Shown here: in pieces, positions 63,899 to 64,000 of the stretch | How the letters are laid out: each line of letters opens with the position of its first letter | Position numbering within the stretch: position 1 is the stretch's first letter | NCBI RefSeq assembly: GCF_037042905.1 | Contig: NC_087251.1 | Location: forward strand, 4,218,001 to 4,282,000 | Direction: 5' to 3' | Origin: Lytechinus pictus | Taxonomy: Eukaryota | DNA: 64,000 bases | Position numbers and translations under genes: made by a program | The notes under the pieces: model-generated | The model's input: only the letters and a program-made list of their open reading frames with translations | Databases searched by the model: none | Told to the model about the DNA's origin: nothing

Positions 63899-64000
63899 AC
63901 AATTTCTGGAGCTATTTCGCGGCTTTTTTGCGTTTGTGTGTGTGACTGTGTGTGTGTCTGTGTGTGTGTGCCACATTGAAGGGATGCTGGTCAGCAGTGC

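Overview
AT-rich, intron-containing eukaryotic DNA. The repeat families look echinoderm/sea-urchin-like, but this is an inference and was not verified. Two convergent spliced genes can be rebuilt exon by exon. (1) A + strand ARF-like small GTPase with three coding exons at 16907-24610; its first coding exon was not found in the window. (2) A - strand JmjC ribosomal oxygenase NO66/RIOX1 with 13 in-phase exons at 52820-31232 (623 aa read); its start exon was not found. Two identical, divergently oriented tRNA-Asp(GTC) genes and a deleted third copy lie just upstream of the first visible ARL exon. The rest is mostly transposon material: CACT-ended MITEs with 2-bp TSDs; Tc1-, Kolobok-, Sola-, hAT- and Harbinger-like non-autonomous elements; tRNA-derived SINEs; a Gypsy integrase remnant with its 3' LTR; and a decayed CR1-type LINE. 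The most striking structure is a multi-level nested transposon stack in one NO66 intron, whose empty target sites can be read from an intact sister copy in the same window. Those two copies also form an inverted repeat around the catalytic JmjC exons. I found no convincing novel protein-coding system, CRISPR array or prokaryotic-type operon.
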